Assembly (NCBI GenBank): GCA_963760795.1
Contig: CAVXEP010000020.1
Location: forward strand, 96,001 to 160,000
Direction of reading: 5' to 3'
DNA from: an uncultured delta proteobacterium
Lineage (GTDB): Bacteria > Desulfobacterota > Binatia > UBA9968
Length of the DNA stretch: 64,000 nt
Shown here piece by piece: positions 1 to 9,755 of this stretch (the stretch's first letter is position 1; each line of letters begins with the position of its first letter). Both the position numbers and the translations under genes were made by a program. The notes beneath the pieces are model-generated. The model was not told the origin of the DNA, searched no databases, and saw only the letters and a program-made list of their open reading frames with translations.

Positions 1-47
1 GGTTGCCAAGTAGTCCGCCCAAGATTCACTTCATCACCCCTCGGTCG

Positions 48-79
48 AACCGGCTCGAGCCATCGAGCCGGTTTTTTTT
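48..79 (+). terminator. Rho-independent terminator of an upstream gene
   Basis: AACCGGCTCGA-gcca-TCGAGCCGGTT 11-bp stem followed by a T-run. Confidence 0.75.
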
Positions 80-182
80 CGCCTTCGTCTTGCTGTTCTC
101 TGTTCGATTCAATTTCGGGGCCGTAGACATTCTGCGCGCCTTGGCATAAGTGATCTGAGACAATCTGTGAAGGGGCGCGCCC

Positions 183-860
183 ATGGACATCGACAAACTC
201 AAACAAGACATCGTCACCGCCAGCCACATTCTCCACCAGCAAGGGATCGCCGCCGCCTTTGGCCATGTCAGCGCGCGCATTCCTGGCACGAATACGTTCA
301 TCTTCCCGCCGCGTATGAGTCCCGCACTGGTGCGAATGGATAATCTCTTGACGCTCGATGTCGACGGCAACCAACTTTCCGGCGAAGGCCGGCCGAACAC
401 CGAATTCTGGATTCACGCGCGAATTTACCAAGCCCGCCCCGATGTCCAATCGGTTTGCCATGTGCATCCGCCGAGCTGTGTGGTGTTAGGCTCTCTCGGT
501 GAAACCGTGCGGCCGCTGCACGCGTCCGGCGCGGTGTTTAGAAACGACGTGCAAGTCTTCGATCCTATCACGTTAATTCGCACCCGCGAGTTGGGCGATG
601 CCGTGGCCAAGACTCTCGGCAACCATGGCGCCATGTTACTGCGCGGCCACGGCGTCAATGTCGCCGACAAAGATGTCCGGCGCGTCTGCATCATGACCCT
701 GTGGATGGAAGAAGCGGCCAATTATCAGCTGCGCGCCATGGCCGCCGGCAAGCCGCGCTACTTCACGCCGGAGGAGCTGGCGGTCATTTATCCGCAAGTC
801 TCCGGTGAAGAAGTCTCCAACCGGGCGTGGGAGTATTTCAGCAGCCGGGTCGAATCTTGA
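183..860 (+). CDS. Class II aldolase/adducin family protein
   Basis: GHVSAR, E-x-x-IH, CHVHP and LLRGHG metal-binding His motifs. Confidence 0.9.
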   Translation: MDIDKLKQDIVTASHILHQQGIAAAFGHVSARIPGTNTFIFPPRMSPALVRMDNLLTLDVDGNQLSGEGRPNTEFWIHARIYQARPDVQSVCHVHPPSCVVLGSLGETVRPLHASGAVFRNDVQVFDPITLIRTRELGDAVAKTLGNHGAMLLRGHGVNVADKDVRRVCIMTLWMEEAANYQLRAMAAGKPRYFTPEELAVIYPQVSGEEVSNRAWEYFSSRVES

Positions 861-927
861 TGCCAAAGGCTTGAGACCGTCCGCCTGATCGCGATATTGT
901 CGGTCCAGCAATAGCGAGGGGAAACCA

Positions 928-1611
928 ATGGCACTAAAACACAGCGACCTGCGCCAAGCGGTCATCGAGAGCGCGAATTTTCTCGTGCGCATCGGCGCGA
1001 TCTCGATGAGCCACCATGGCAACTTTAGCGTGCGCGTGCCCGGCACCGACACGATCTTGCTCACTGCATCGAGCTCCTTCGATAATTTGCAGCCGGAGAA
1101 TCTCGCGTTGCTCGATCTCGATGGCAAACTCGTCGAAGGCGAGATCAATCCGACCAACGCCGAGATCGTCCACATGCATGCCATCGTCTACAAACAACGG
1201 CCGGAGACCGGCGCCGTCGTCCACACCCACTCGACCTACGCCACCAGCTTCGCCCTCGCGAGCCGCGCCCTGGGTTGCTCCTATGAAGCGCTGGTGCGCA
1301 ATGACATGGCCGACGGCGTGCCGTTGGCGAAATATGGCCCGCGCGGCTCCGGCGAATCCATCGCCAACATCGTCACTGCCTTGAACGGGACGAAAAACAC
1401 CAAAGCCGTGCTGTTGGAAAACCACGGCGTGCTCGCCTTCGGCGCCAATCCCGCCGCCGCGGCGCGGGCCAATTTGATTGTCGAAGAAGCGGCGCAAATG
1501 GCGATCTACGCCGAGGTTTTGGGCGGCGCCAAGATCATCCCGCCGGAATTACTGAAAGCCACCGTCGGCCGTAGAGATGAATTTGCCCACGCGGGAATGC
1601 AGCGGGCATGA
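928..1611 (+). CDS. Class II aldolase/adducin family protein
   Basis: GNFSVR, EIVHMH, VVHTHS and LLENHG motifs; RBS GAGG. Confidence 0.9.
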   Translation: MALKHSDLRQAVIESANFLVRIGAISMSHHGNFSVRVPGTDTILLTASSSFDNLQPENLALLDLDGKLVEGEINPTNAEIVHMHAIVYKQRPETGAVVHTHSTYATSFALASRALGCSYEALVRNDMADGVPLAKYGPRGSGESIANIVTALNGTKNTKAVLLENHGVLAFGANPAAAARANLIVEEAAQMAIYAEVLGGAKIIPPELLKATVGRRDEFAHAGMQRA

Positions 1612-1617
1612 CGCAGC

Positions 1618-1638
1618 GGCGACCGGCCGGTCGCCCTA
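1618..1638. repeat. REP-like palindrome
   Basis: GGCGACCGGCCGGTCGCC perfect palindrome just after a stop codon; similar to the GTAG-type REPs elsewhere in the window. Confidence 0.5.
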
Positions 1639-1689
1639 ACCCGTATCAGCAGACCATCACAAGCAGGAAACAGGAAAGGAAGAAAGAAA

Positions 1690-2554
1690 ATGGCTATGAC
1701 CGCAAATGAAAAACGCAAGGCGTTGAAGGCGATGATGCAGCAGCCCACCTGTCATCTGGCGCCGAGTTGTAACGATGGCATTCAAGCCCGCTTGGTTGAG
1801 TGGCTGGGCTTTCCGCTGGTGCATATTTCCGGCAGCGGACAACACCGCTCGCTCGGATTTGCCGACGCCGGATCTGCTTACCCTCACCGAGATGATCAAC
1901 AAAGCGCGGGAAATCGTCGACGCCGTCAACATTCCCATCGTCAGCGACGCCGAGACCGGCTACGGCAATGCCGTCAACGTCTATCGCGCGGTAAAGGAAT
2001 TCGACCGTACCGGCGTCGCCGCCATCCACATCGAAGACCAGATGACGCCCAAGCGCGCCGGCCATGAAGGCTTCGACGTCGGTTTGATTTCGCGCGAGGA
2101 ATTCGTCGCCAAAATCAAAGCCGCCGTGGACGCACGCAGCGACCAGGACCTCGTCATCATCGCCCGCTCGGAAGCCAAGGACTCGCTGCAAGAGCGCCTC
2201 GAACGCACCCAGGCCTGCATCGAAGCCGGCGCCGACGCCTCCTGGGTCAGCGCGCGCACCGAGGAAGAAATCCAAGCCTATGCCAAGCTCGGCAAGCCGC
2301 TGGTCGGCGTGCCGCCGCGCGGCGTGATGACCATCCAGCGCTACGGCGAGTTGGGCGGCCGCGTCGGCTGCATCCCAACGGTGCTGCAAGTCGCCATGCT
2401 GCACGGCATGCGCCAGTGCTTGGAAGAACTGAAAAAGAACGGCACAGAAGCGGCCTATTTCAAAAACACTCCCGGCATCGAAGACACGCGCAAATGGTAC
2501 GCCAACATGGGTAATGCCGAGCTCAAGGAAATGGAAAAGAAGTACGGCTATTGA
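1690..2554 (+). CDS. Isocitrate lyase/PEP mutase superfamily enzyme (frameshift near 1870)
   Basis: SLGFADAG joined to LLTLTEM, IVSDAETGYGN, IHIEDQ..PKRAGH, IIARSEA. Confidence 0.85.
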
Positions 2555-2612
2555 GAGTATGCATCACTGACCGCCAATTAACTGCAGTATAACTAGACGT
2601 TGAGGGTTGTCT

Positions 2613-3612
2613 ATGTTTAGATCGAAATGCTTTGCCAGAATCATCCTAGCGATGGTGCTGATTCACCGGCACCGCACAGTCGGCGCAGGCACAACTGACG
2701 AAAATCAACGTCGGCTACAGCGCCATCAGCGGCGATGCGCTGCCGGCGTGGCTGGCCAAGGACGCCGGTATCTTTGAAAAAAATGGCCTCGACGTTCAAG
2801 CGGTTTTCTTCGCCGGCGGCACGACGGCGATCATGGCGTTGGTTTCCGCAGACACGCCGATCGCGCAGCTAGCCGGGCCCGCGGTAGTGAATTCCGTCAT
2901 GGCGGGTTCCGATGCGACAATCGTCGCCGGCGGCGTCATCTCGCTCAATTACTATTTACAAAGCCGAGCCGAAATCAAAACTCCCGAGCAGCTCAAAGGC
3001 GGGTCGGTGGCGGTCAGCCGCTTCGGCTCGTCTTCTGATTTCATCGCCCGCTACGCGCTGACAAAAATTGGACTCACGCCCGGCAAGGATGTCACCATCG
3101 TGCAGATCGGCAGCACCACGGCGCGCGTCGACGCCGTCATCGCTGGGCGCGTCCAGGCCACCGTGGTTAATCCACCGGCGAGTATCATCGCAACAAAGCG
3201 CGGTATGAACACGCTGGCCGACCTGCCCAAGCTCGGACTCGTCTATCAGCACACCGCGGCAGTCACGACTAAAAAATACATTCGCGAGAATCGCGACATC
3301 GTTCGGCGCTATGTAAAATCTCAAATTGAAGCCGTCCATCGTATTTACACCGACAAAGAAAGCGCCGTTCGCGCGTTGGGGCGATTCATCGGCCGCACGG
3401 TCGAGCGCGATGTCTTGGAAAAAACCTGGGAAAATTTAATCAGTGAAGCGGTGATGCCGAGAAAACAGTACCCGTCCATCGAAGGGCTGAAAACCATCCT
3501 CGCTTCAGAGCCGAAAGCCAAGTCGCACAACCCCGAGGACTATTTCGACGCGAGCTTCGTTAAAGAATTGGATCTGAGCGGTTATACCGATAGCCTCTAC
3601 AAGAAACGGTGA
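2613..3612 (+). CDS. ABC substrate-binding protein, SsuA/NMT1-like (frameshift near 2670)
   Basis: Reading frame extends upstream of the 2833 ORF as AQAQLTKINVGYSAISGDALPAWLAKDAGIFEKNGLDV; signal peptide from ATG 2613. Confidence 0.85.
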
Positions 3613-3619
3613 GAAGATA

Positions 3620-4408
3620 TCAATGGTGCGCCGCCGTTTGACCGGCGCCGCGGTAGCGCCAGCGTAACAGCCGCCGCTCAACGGCTTCCGCCCCGGTGAA
3701 CAGCAGCAGCACAAAGGCCATGATGAGAAAGATCAGTCCCATGGTCAGGGCTGCGTTGTAGGTGCTCTGAGCGAACTGCAGCAGATAACCAAGCCCGCGC
3801 GTCGCCGCGACGAACTCGCCGACCACCGCACCGGTAAAAGCAAAACCAACCGCGACTTTGAGGCTCCCCAACACCCAGGCGGTGACCGACGGAATATAAA
3901 CTTCGCGCAGCAGCACCAAGCGTCCGCCGCCGAGGGTGCGCACCCGGTCGACCAGCAACTGATTGACGTCGCGGATGCCGCTGTAAACGGCGAAGAAGAT
4001 GAGCACCGCCACCAGCACCACGGCCAAGGCGATTTTCGAAGGCAGTTCGATGCCGAGCCAGATCACGAATAGCGGCGCGAGGATCACGCGCGGGATCGCG
4101 TTCAGCAGCATCATGATCGGTTCGAGAATATCGGCGAGCAGCGGAACCAGCGCGGCGCCAAAGCCGAGCACGATGCCCAACGCCAAGCCGATCGCCAGGC
4201 CGGCGAGCGCGGCGGTAAAGGTCGCCTGCAAGTGACCGAGAATCGTGCCCTCGGCAAACAAGGAAAAAACAACTCGTAAAATTTCACTCGGAGCCGGAGC
4301 ATAAAATGGATTTATGATCCCCAGCCGCGCCAACACCTCCCAAAGAGCCGCGAGGACCAGTAGCGAAACAAACCGCCGCACCCATAACTTTTCTCCATAG
4401 GCTCTCAT
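3620..4408 (-). CDS. ABC permease, SsuC/TauC type
   Basis: NAIPRVILAPL, GAVVGEF, hydrophobic TM segments. Confidence 0.9.
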   Translation of the reverse strand: MRAYGEKLWVRRFVSLLVLAALWEVLARLGIINPFYAPAPSEILRVVFSLFAEGTILGHLQATFTAALAGLAIGLALGIVLGFGAALVPLLADILEPIMMLLNAIPRVILAPLFVIWLGIELPSKIALAVVLVAVLIFFAVYSGIRDVNQLLVDRVRTLGGGRLVLLREVYIPSVTAWVLGSLKVAVGFAFTGAVVGEFVAATRGLGYLLQFAQSTYNAALTMGLIFLIMAFVLLLFTGAEAVERRLLRWRYRGAGQTAAHH

Positions 4409-5163
4409 CTCGTGGCCTCAACTTGCGGCGAACCCACCACGTCCGACAGGTCCTTCCAAAGCTGCTCAAGAAGCGGGGCGAAGCTAGGATGTCTGCGGCT
4501 GGCGATAATATCCCGTGGACGGGGAATCGACACTTCATACGAGGTTTGGACTCGCGCCCTCGGACCCTGCGACAGCAGGTAGACCGTGTCAGAGACGGTC
4601 AACGCTTCTTCAAGATCATGGGTTACCAAGAGCACGCTCAAGTGCTCGCGCTCCACCCAGTTTAAAAGTTCCTGCGTGATGCGCGTTCGAACGATCGCAT
4701 CGAGCGCCGCGAATGGCTCGTCCATGAGCAGCAATTTTGGCTTCAGGGCGAGAATCTGCGCGATGGCGACCCGCTTTCTTTGACCGCCCGAGAGTTCGTG
4801 AGGGAAACGCCCGCCTAAACCTTCGAGTCCAAGTCGCGTAAGCCATGCGTCGGCCTCGACCTGCGCTTTACTTTTGGCAAGTTTTCGAATGCGCAAACCA
4901 AGCGCGACGTTTTCCCGGGCGGTACGCCAAGGCAGAAGCGCATCGTCCTGAAACAAAAAACCCAGCGACTCGCCGCTGCCATTCAAATCGATATGGCCGG
5001 CGCTTGGTGTGAGCAGGCCGTTTACCGCGCGCAGAATGCTGGTCTTGCCGGAGCCCGACGGCCCGATCAAACTGACGAATTGCCCCGCGGCGACTTCGAG
5101 GCTAACTCCTTCGATAACCGGTTCTTGCCCATAACCCAAGGCGAGGTCTGAGACGCGAAGCAC
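4405..5163 (-). CDS. ABC ATP-binding protein, SsuB/TauB type
   Basis: Walker A GPSGSGKT, LSGGQ, LLLMDEPF. Confidence 0.95.
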   Translation of the reverse strand: MLRVSDLALGYGQEPVIEGVSLEVAAGQFVSLIGPSGSGKTSILRAVNGLLTPSAGHIDLNGSGESLGFLFQDDALLPWRTARENVALGLRIRKLAKSKAQVEADAWLTRLGLEGLGGRFPHELSGGQRKRVAIAQILALKPKLLLMDEPFAALDAIVRTRITQELLNWVEREHLSVLLVTHDLEEALTVSDTVYLLSQGPRARVQTSYEVSIPRPRDIIASRRHPSFAPLLEQLWKDLSDVVGSPQVEATR

Positions 5164-6228
5164 TTAATTCCCGACTATCGATAGATCGAGCAAGGGTTTG
5201 AGATCGACGGATGCAGCCAGCAGACCTGCGGCCTTATGGGCGTCCCCAACACGAGTTACAGCGGCGAGATCGATTTTGACGTTGTCGGGATAAAGAGATC
5301 GCCGGTAGCGCTCCAGAATCCCGCTAAGCCGATCCCGATTGGCACCGGTGATGAGCTCTTTAGGCAGCGCAGCGACAGCTTCCTTAACGGGGATGTTGCG
5401 CGTGTCCTGCAATCCCTTCGCGAGCGCTCGGGCCAGCCGACCCATTTCGTCCCGCCGTTTCTCACGTTCCTCGAGGCGCACAGATACACCCATAAATTCG
5501 TACGCTCCGCCGAGATAGCGGTTCGCTTCCTCGATGTTCATTACATTAGCGATCACTCCACCACCCGCGCCGGTGATTAGAGTCAACGCCGGCTCTTGCA
5601 CCATACCGGCATCGACTTGTCCAAGCCGGAGCGCATCATAAAGGTTAGGGCCGAGAGTAGCGAAGCGCACCCGGTCGGGATCAGCACCCGCCCGCTTCAT
5701 AAGGTGAATGACCAAGATGTGGTCGGCGTTGCCTAGACCCGAGATCCCCACCGTCCGGTTCTCAATATCCTTCAGGCTCCGTATATCTTTCGCCGTTTTC
5801 GGGCCGCTTGCGAGGGCAAAGAGCGGCACTCTTCCTGTCGAGGCGAAGCGGGCTATTTTGGCGCCGTGGGCAAAGGCCTGAAGCGCCACATCAAAAGAAG
5901 TCCCCGCGTAGTCCACCGCGCGCCCGACCAGTGCCTGCATGGCCACGTTGCCGCCGCGGGTGTATACCAGCCTGACATCGAGCCCTTCCTCGGCAAAATG
6001 TCCTCGCGCCCTGGCTACCTCGTAGGGTACGACGCAGAGGAGCTGCCCGCAGAATGCGAGCAATACTTGCCGGCCTTGAGCGTGGGCATTTTTCTTGGAG
6101 ACGAACATGATGCCGCTCGCCAAACCTGCCAGGCGCTTTAATGCCGTGCGTCTGCCAATTTGTTTTTTGCCACTGGTGATTTCGGGTTCTTCGGAAAAAT
6201 CAGGCGTCAACTTTTCACAGCAATCCAT
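5164..6228 (-). CDS. ABC substrate-binding protein, NMT1/SsuA-like, with Tat-like signal
   Basis: GRRTALK twin-Arg signal; GHFAEEGLDV..TRGG; FCGQLLC motif; first gene of the ABC operon. Confidence 0.9.
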   Translation of the reverse strand: MDCCEKLTPDFSEEPEITSGKKQIGRRTALKRLAGLASGIMFVSKKNAHAQGRQVLLAFCGQLLCVVPYEVARARGHFAEEGLDVRLVYTRGGNVAMQALVGRAVDYAGTSFDVALQAFAHGAKIARFASTGRVPLFALASGPKTAKDIRSLKDIENRTVGISGLGNADHILVIHLMKRAGADPDRVRFATLGPNLYDALRLGQVDAGMVQEPALTLITGAGGGVIANVMNIEEANRYLGGAYEFMGVSVRLEEREKRRDEMGRLARALAKGLQDTRNIPVKEAVAALPKELITGANRDRLSGILERYRRSLYPDNVKIDLAAVTRVGDAHKAAGLLAASVDLKPLLDLSIVGN

Positions 6229-6545
6229 CTTGGTCTCCCTTCACGGAGAGAATTTCGTAGCGTACCGGCAAGACAATAAACGACGCCACTTCGCGGGTGG
6301 AGTTTTAACCCCACCCTTGAGCAAAGGGGGATGCTCGCCCCTTTTGGCAACCCACCACAATAATGTTCCCACCTCAAGAGGCGGGATTACCTTCGAATGT
6401 GCGAGGGAGTTAAAATACATCAACCACGGCAAAAGCCAAATGGCAATCTCGACCCGGCCAGCTTTTTCACGCTGGAACAGCCAACCTACCCAACTCGCCG
6501 AGGCTTGGCTCATGTTCAGGCGCTATTGTGCTCATCGCGGCAACC
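6229..6545 (-). ncRNA. Candidate structured cis-regulatory leader RNA (unassigned)
   Basis: Five or more hairpins, two of which need G-U pairs that form only on the minus strand; alternative 10-bp helix; hairpin sequestering the Shine-Dalgarno; minus-strand TATAAT at 6547-6552. Confidence 0.45.
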
Positions 6546-6666
6546 GATTATAGAGGTCGGCAGGGATTTAAGAGGGTCAATTAAACAACTGCGATCCCCA
6601 TGCGCCCATGCAAATCCGATTTCTTTTTTGCCTTCTTTGCGGTTAAATTTATTCAAAGGAGTGGCT

Positions 6667-7423
6667 ATGAGCGGTTATAAAACATTTAGCGAATGATTTG
6701 ATCAGCGCATTGGAACTATCCCAGCCGCCGATTGCCATATCATTTTGCGACGCCCCACCGCCAAATGTTCCGGCTTTCAATGGCATGGTTCCGGCTGGTT
6801 GCTCTTTCTGGCAGCAGGCGGCGACGCGGATGTTTTTTACCTCGACGAAAGACCATGAGCTTTGCGCCATCGGCGTCCACACGCACCATATGTCGCAGCC
6901 TTCACCGTCGCATCAGTCCGAGCTCGGTGACGCGCTTGCGGCCATGAGTGGGTTGGATTACGTGCGCGCCGAGGAGGTCGCGGCGATCCCGGTGGTGCAG
7001 CGCGAAGTGAAGCATGTCGTCTATGGTCCACTAGCGGAATGGCGCAGCGACCCCGAAGTCGTGCTCCTATTCGCGCACGCCCAGCAGGGATTAATCGTCA
7101 GCGAAGCGGCCAGCCGCGTCGACAAGGGTATGCCGGCGGCGATGGGACGGCCCGCTTGCGCCGTCGTGCCGCAGGTGATCAATCAAGGCCGCGCGGCCAT
7201 GAGTCTCGGCTGCTGCGGCGCGCGCGCCTACCTTGACATTTTACCCGACAGCGTCGCCATGTGGGCGTTTCCCGGCAACAAGCTTGAGCAATACTGCGCC
7301 GAAATCGTCACTCTCGCCCGCGCCAACCAGACTCTCGCGGTGTTTCACGCGCGGCGCAAGCAAGATGTCGAAGCCGGCAAACATCCGACGGTGCGCCAAT
7401 CCCTCGATCGGCTGTCATCTTAG
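6667..7423 (+). CDS. DUF169 family Cys-rich protein (frameshift near 6686)
   Basis: PPIAISF, AGCSFW, LCAIG, RPACA, SLGCCGAR; RBS AAGGAG before ATG 6667. Confidence 0.8.
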
Positions 7424-7493
7424 GGAAACATTCAGTCCGTTCGGACAATCTCGCGCAAAGACGCAACGCACAGAAAACAAAAGAGGCAAGCCG

Positions 7494-8575
7494 ATGAAGT
7501 TCGCCCACTTCTCCCATGTCTGGAACAAGCCCGGTATGAACGCGGCGGAGCGCTACGGGCAACTGTGGCGCGAATTAGCAGCGGCGGATGAGCTCGGTTT
7601 TGACTATGGCTTTTGCGTCGAGCATCACTTCAATCCGCGCGAAAGCTGGATGCCGTCGCCGTCGATTTACTGCGCCGCGGCTGCCGCCCATACCCGACGG
7701 CTGCGCGTCGGCACCATGGGCAATGTCGCGCCCCTTTACGATCCGTTGCGTATCGCCGAAGACGCCGCGGTGCTGGACAACGTCGCCAATGGCCGGTTTG
7801 AACTGGGACTCGTCTCCGGCATTGTGCCCGACTTCTTCGGCCCCTACGGCGCTGATTTTAATAATCGCCGCGCGCTCACTCACGAAGCGCTGCTCTGCAT
7901 CAAACAAGCGCTAGCGAGCCAGGGGCCGTTCAGCTTCAACGGGGAATTTCACCAGTACCAGAACGTCACGCTCGGAGTTAAGCCACTCCAACAGCCCCAT
8001 CCGCCGATTTGGATTCATTCGCGGGACGCCGACACTCTGGCGCTCCTTGCCCGCGAAGGCGTCCATACCGGATATCTTTTCTTGGTGCCGCGCGACGAGG
8101 TTGCGCCGCGCTATCGCGAATATTTACGCCTGTGGAAAGACAGCGGGCCACACCGGCGAAGCCCAACATCGGCTACTGGATTTTAGTGTATGTCGATGAG
8201 ACCGACGCCAAAGCCGTGGCGAAAGCCAAACCCTATTTCGAGCACTGTTTCACCAATGTCTTTGGCACCCGCGCGGACGGTGGCATCGGCTACCAGCGGC
8301 TGGCCGAGAATCACGAGAAACGCGGCAATCCCCGCGGCGCCGAGATCGCGCGCCACTCGATCGACGTCGAATATTTGCGAGAAAAGAATCTAGCCTTTGT
8401 CGGCTCGCCGAAAACTGTCATCGAACAGATCAAGCAAGCGGCCGGCGAGGGTGTATTCAACACCGTCATGGCCGAGTTCAACATCGGCGCCATCGCAGAA
8501 GAAGATTTAATGCGCTCGATCAAACTCTTCGGCAGCGAAGTCCTGCCGGCTTTGCGCGACTTCGAACCCTATTGA
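7494..8575 (+). CDS. LLM-class flavin-dependent oxidoreductase (frameshift near 8150)
   Basis: ADELGFD..VEHHF, PLRIAED.AVLD, KPLQQPHPPIW, C-terminal LFGSEVLPALR in the second frame. Confidence 0.9.
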
Positions 8576-8610
8576 GCCAAGAGTCAATTGCGCTCAAGGC
8601 TCCTATTGGA

Positions 8611-9030
8611 TCACGGGTAGGTCCGGTAGATCTCCGACTCCGGTGGAATTTCCATCAGCTCGATGCTGTTACCGTCGGGATCGGAGACAAACGCGATGCG
8701 CTGCTTGGCACGGCCGATGAATTTGCGATCGGGCTTCACGCCCATCTTCGCCAGATGCTCCAGTGCCTGCTCGAGATTATCGAGCACCAGGCAGAAATGA
8801 ATGTAGCCGATCGGATCGGGCGGCGACGCCAACATGTTTTTGCCGCCGGGAAAAAGCTCGACGCACTGTCCTTTGGAAAACTCCAAGAACATCAGCTCCG
8901 GCCGCTCGCCGCTCGCCTCGACGCGATAGATCACCTTGGCGCCGAAGGCATCGCCGTACCAGCGAATACTCTTCTCGACATCCGCAACTTTAAAGGCCAC
9001 ATGGCCAAAACGAACTCCATCAATCGGCAT
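8611..9030 (-). CDS. VOC/glyoxalase family protein
   Basis: GHVAFKVADVEKS, IHFCL, DPDGNSIELME. Confidence 0.9.
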   Translation of the reverse strand: MPIDGVRFGHVAFKVADVEKSIRWYGDAFGAKVIYRVEASGERPELMFLEFSKGQCVELFPGGKNMLASPPDPIGYIHFCLVLDNLEQALEHLAKMGVKPDRKFIGRAKQRIAFVSDPDGNSIELMEIPPESEIYRTYP

Positions 9031-9073
9031 GATATTAGTTCCTTTCCGTGTCAGTTAATGAATAGTTAGAGAT

Positions 9074-9634
9074 CTACTGAACTGCTTTGCTTCGTGCTTT
9101 ACCATAGCGCGCCGGTCGTTCACCGACGAGAAAACCAATCCGCCGCTTCTTGGGCTCCGGTTGTACCATTAGTTTTCGGAGCGCGTCGAAAACAACCTTG
9201 AACTGGTTGTCATATTGGCGTTCCATGGCGGCGAGCTTGCGCGCCAGCTTGGCGTGTGACGCTAACAGTTGGCGCAAGCGCGCAAAGGTCCGCATAATCT
9301 CGATATTGACCTTTAGTGCGCGCTTGCTTTTTAGCACGCTCGACAGCATCGCGACGTCCTGTTCCGTGAACGCATAAGGTACAGCCCGGCGTACTCCGCC
9401 CCAACTTGAAATCACAATTTGTGATTTCAAGTTGGTAAACTCCGCCTTACTGAGTTGAAACATGAAATCCCCCGGGGAGCGATCGAGATTGCGCTTCACG
9501 GCCTGCACCAATGCGCGTGGCTCGACCTCATAGAGTTCGGCGAGATGTGTGCTCAACATGACCTTCTTGTTGCCGATAGCCACAATGCGTTGTTCGATTC
9601 GCTCCAGGGGAACAGCTTTGATCTGTCCGGCCAT
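9074..9634 (-). CDS. ORF6N (KilA-N-like) domain DNA-binding protein
   Basis: KVML..LAELYEV..L.QAVKRN..R...[24 protein letters not shown]-terminal RIGF. Confidence 0.9.
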   Translation of the reverse strand: MAGQIKAVPLERIEQRIVAIGNKKVMLSTHLAELYEVEPRALVQAVKRNLDRSPGDFMFQLSKAEFTNLKSQIVISSWGGVRRAVPYAFTEQDVAMLSSVLKSKRALKVNIEIMRTFARLRQLLASHAKLARKLAAMERQYDNQFKVVFDALRKLMVQPEPKKRRIGFLVGERPARYGKARSKAVQ

Positions 9635-9755
9635 AAGTTCGGGGATATTATGCAAATAAGCCGCTAGACAGCAAGTCCAAAAGTTGACAATACAGCGCTG
9701 CCCCTTGTACTAATGGCTTGGCGCGATTCTGCTATTCCAGTGAGGAGGACATTCG

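Noticed and set aside
6241-6513. 90-aa minus-strand ORF (and overlapping plus-strand ORFs) in the leader
   Set aside because: No recognisable domain or RBS; the region is better explained by RNA structure, although a leader peptide is not excluded.
6525-6570. SAM-I riboswitch suggested by CGGCAACC on the plus strand
   Set aside because: The other conserved elements (ATC.AGAG, GAGGGA..GGCCC, GGTGC.AA.TCC) are absent.
6694-6696. TGA after MSGYKTFSE as a second Sec codon
   Set aside because: The DUF169 sequence continues in a different frame (LANDLISALEL); an extra T in a T-run explains it.
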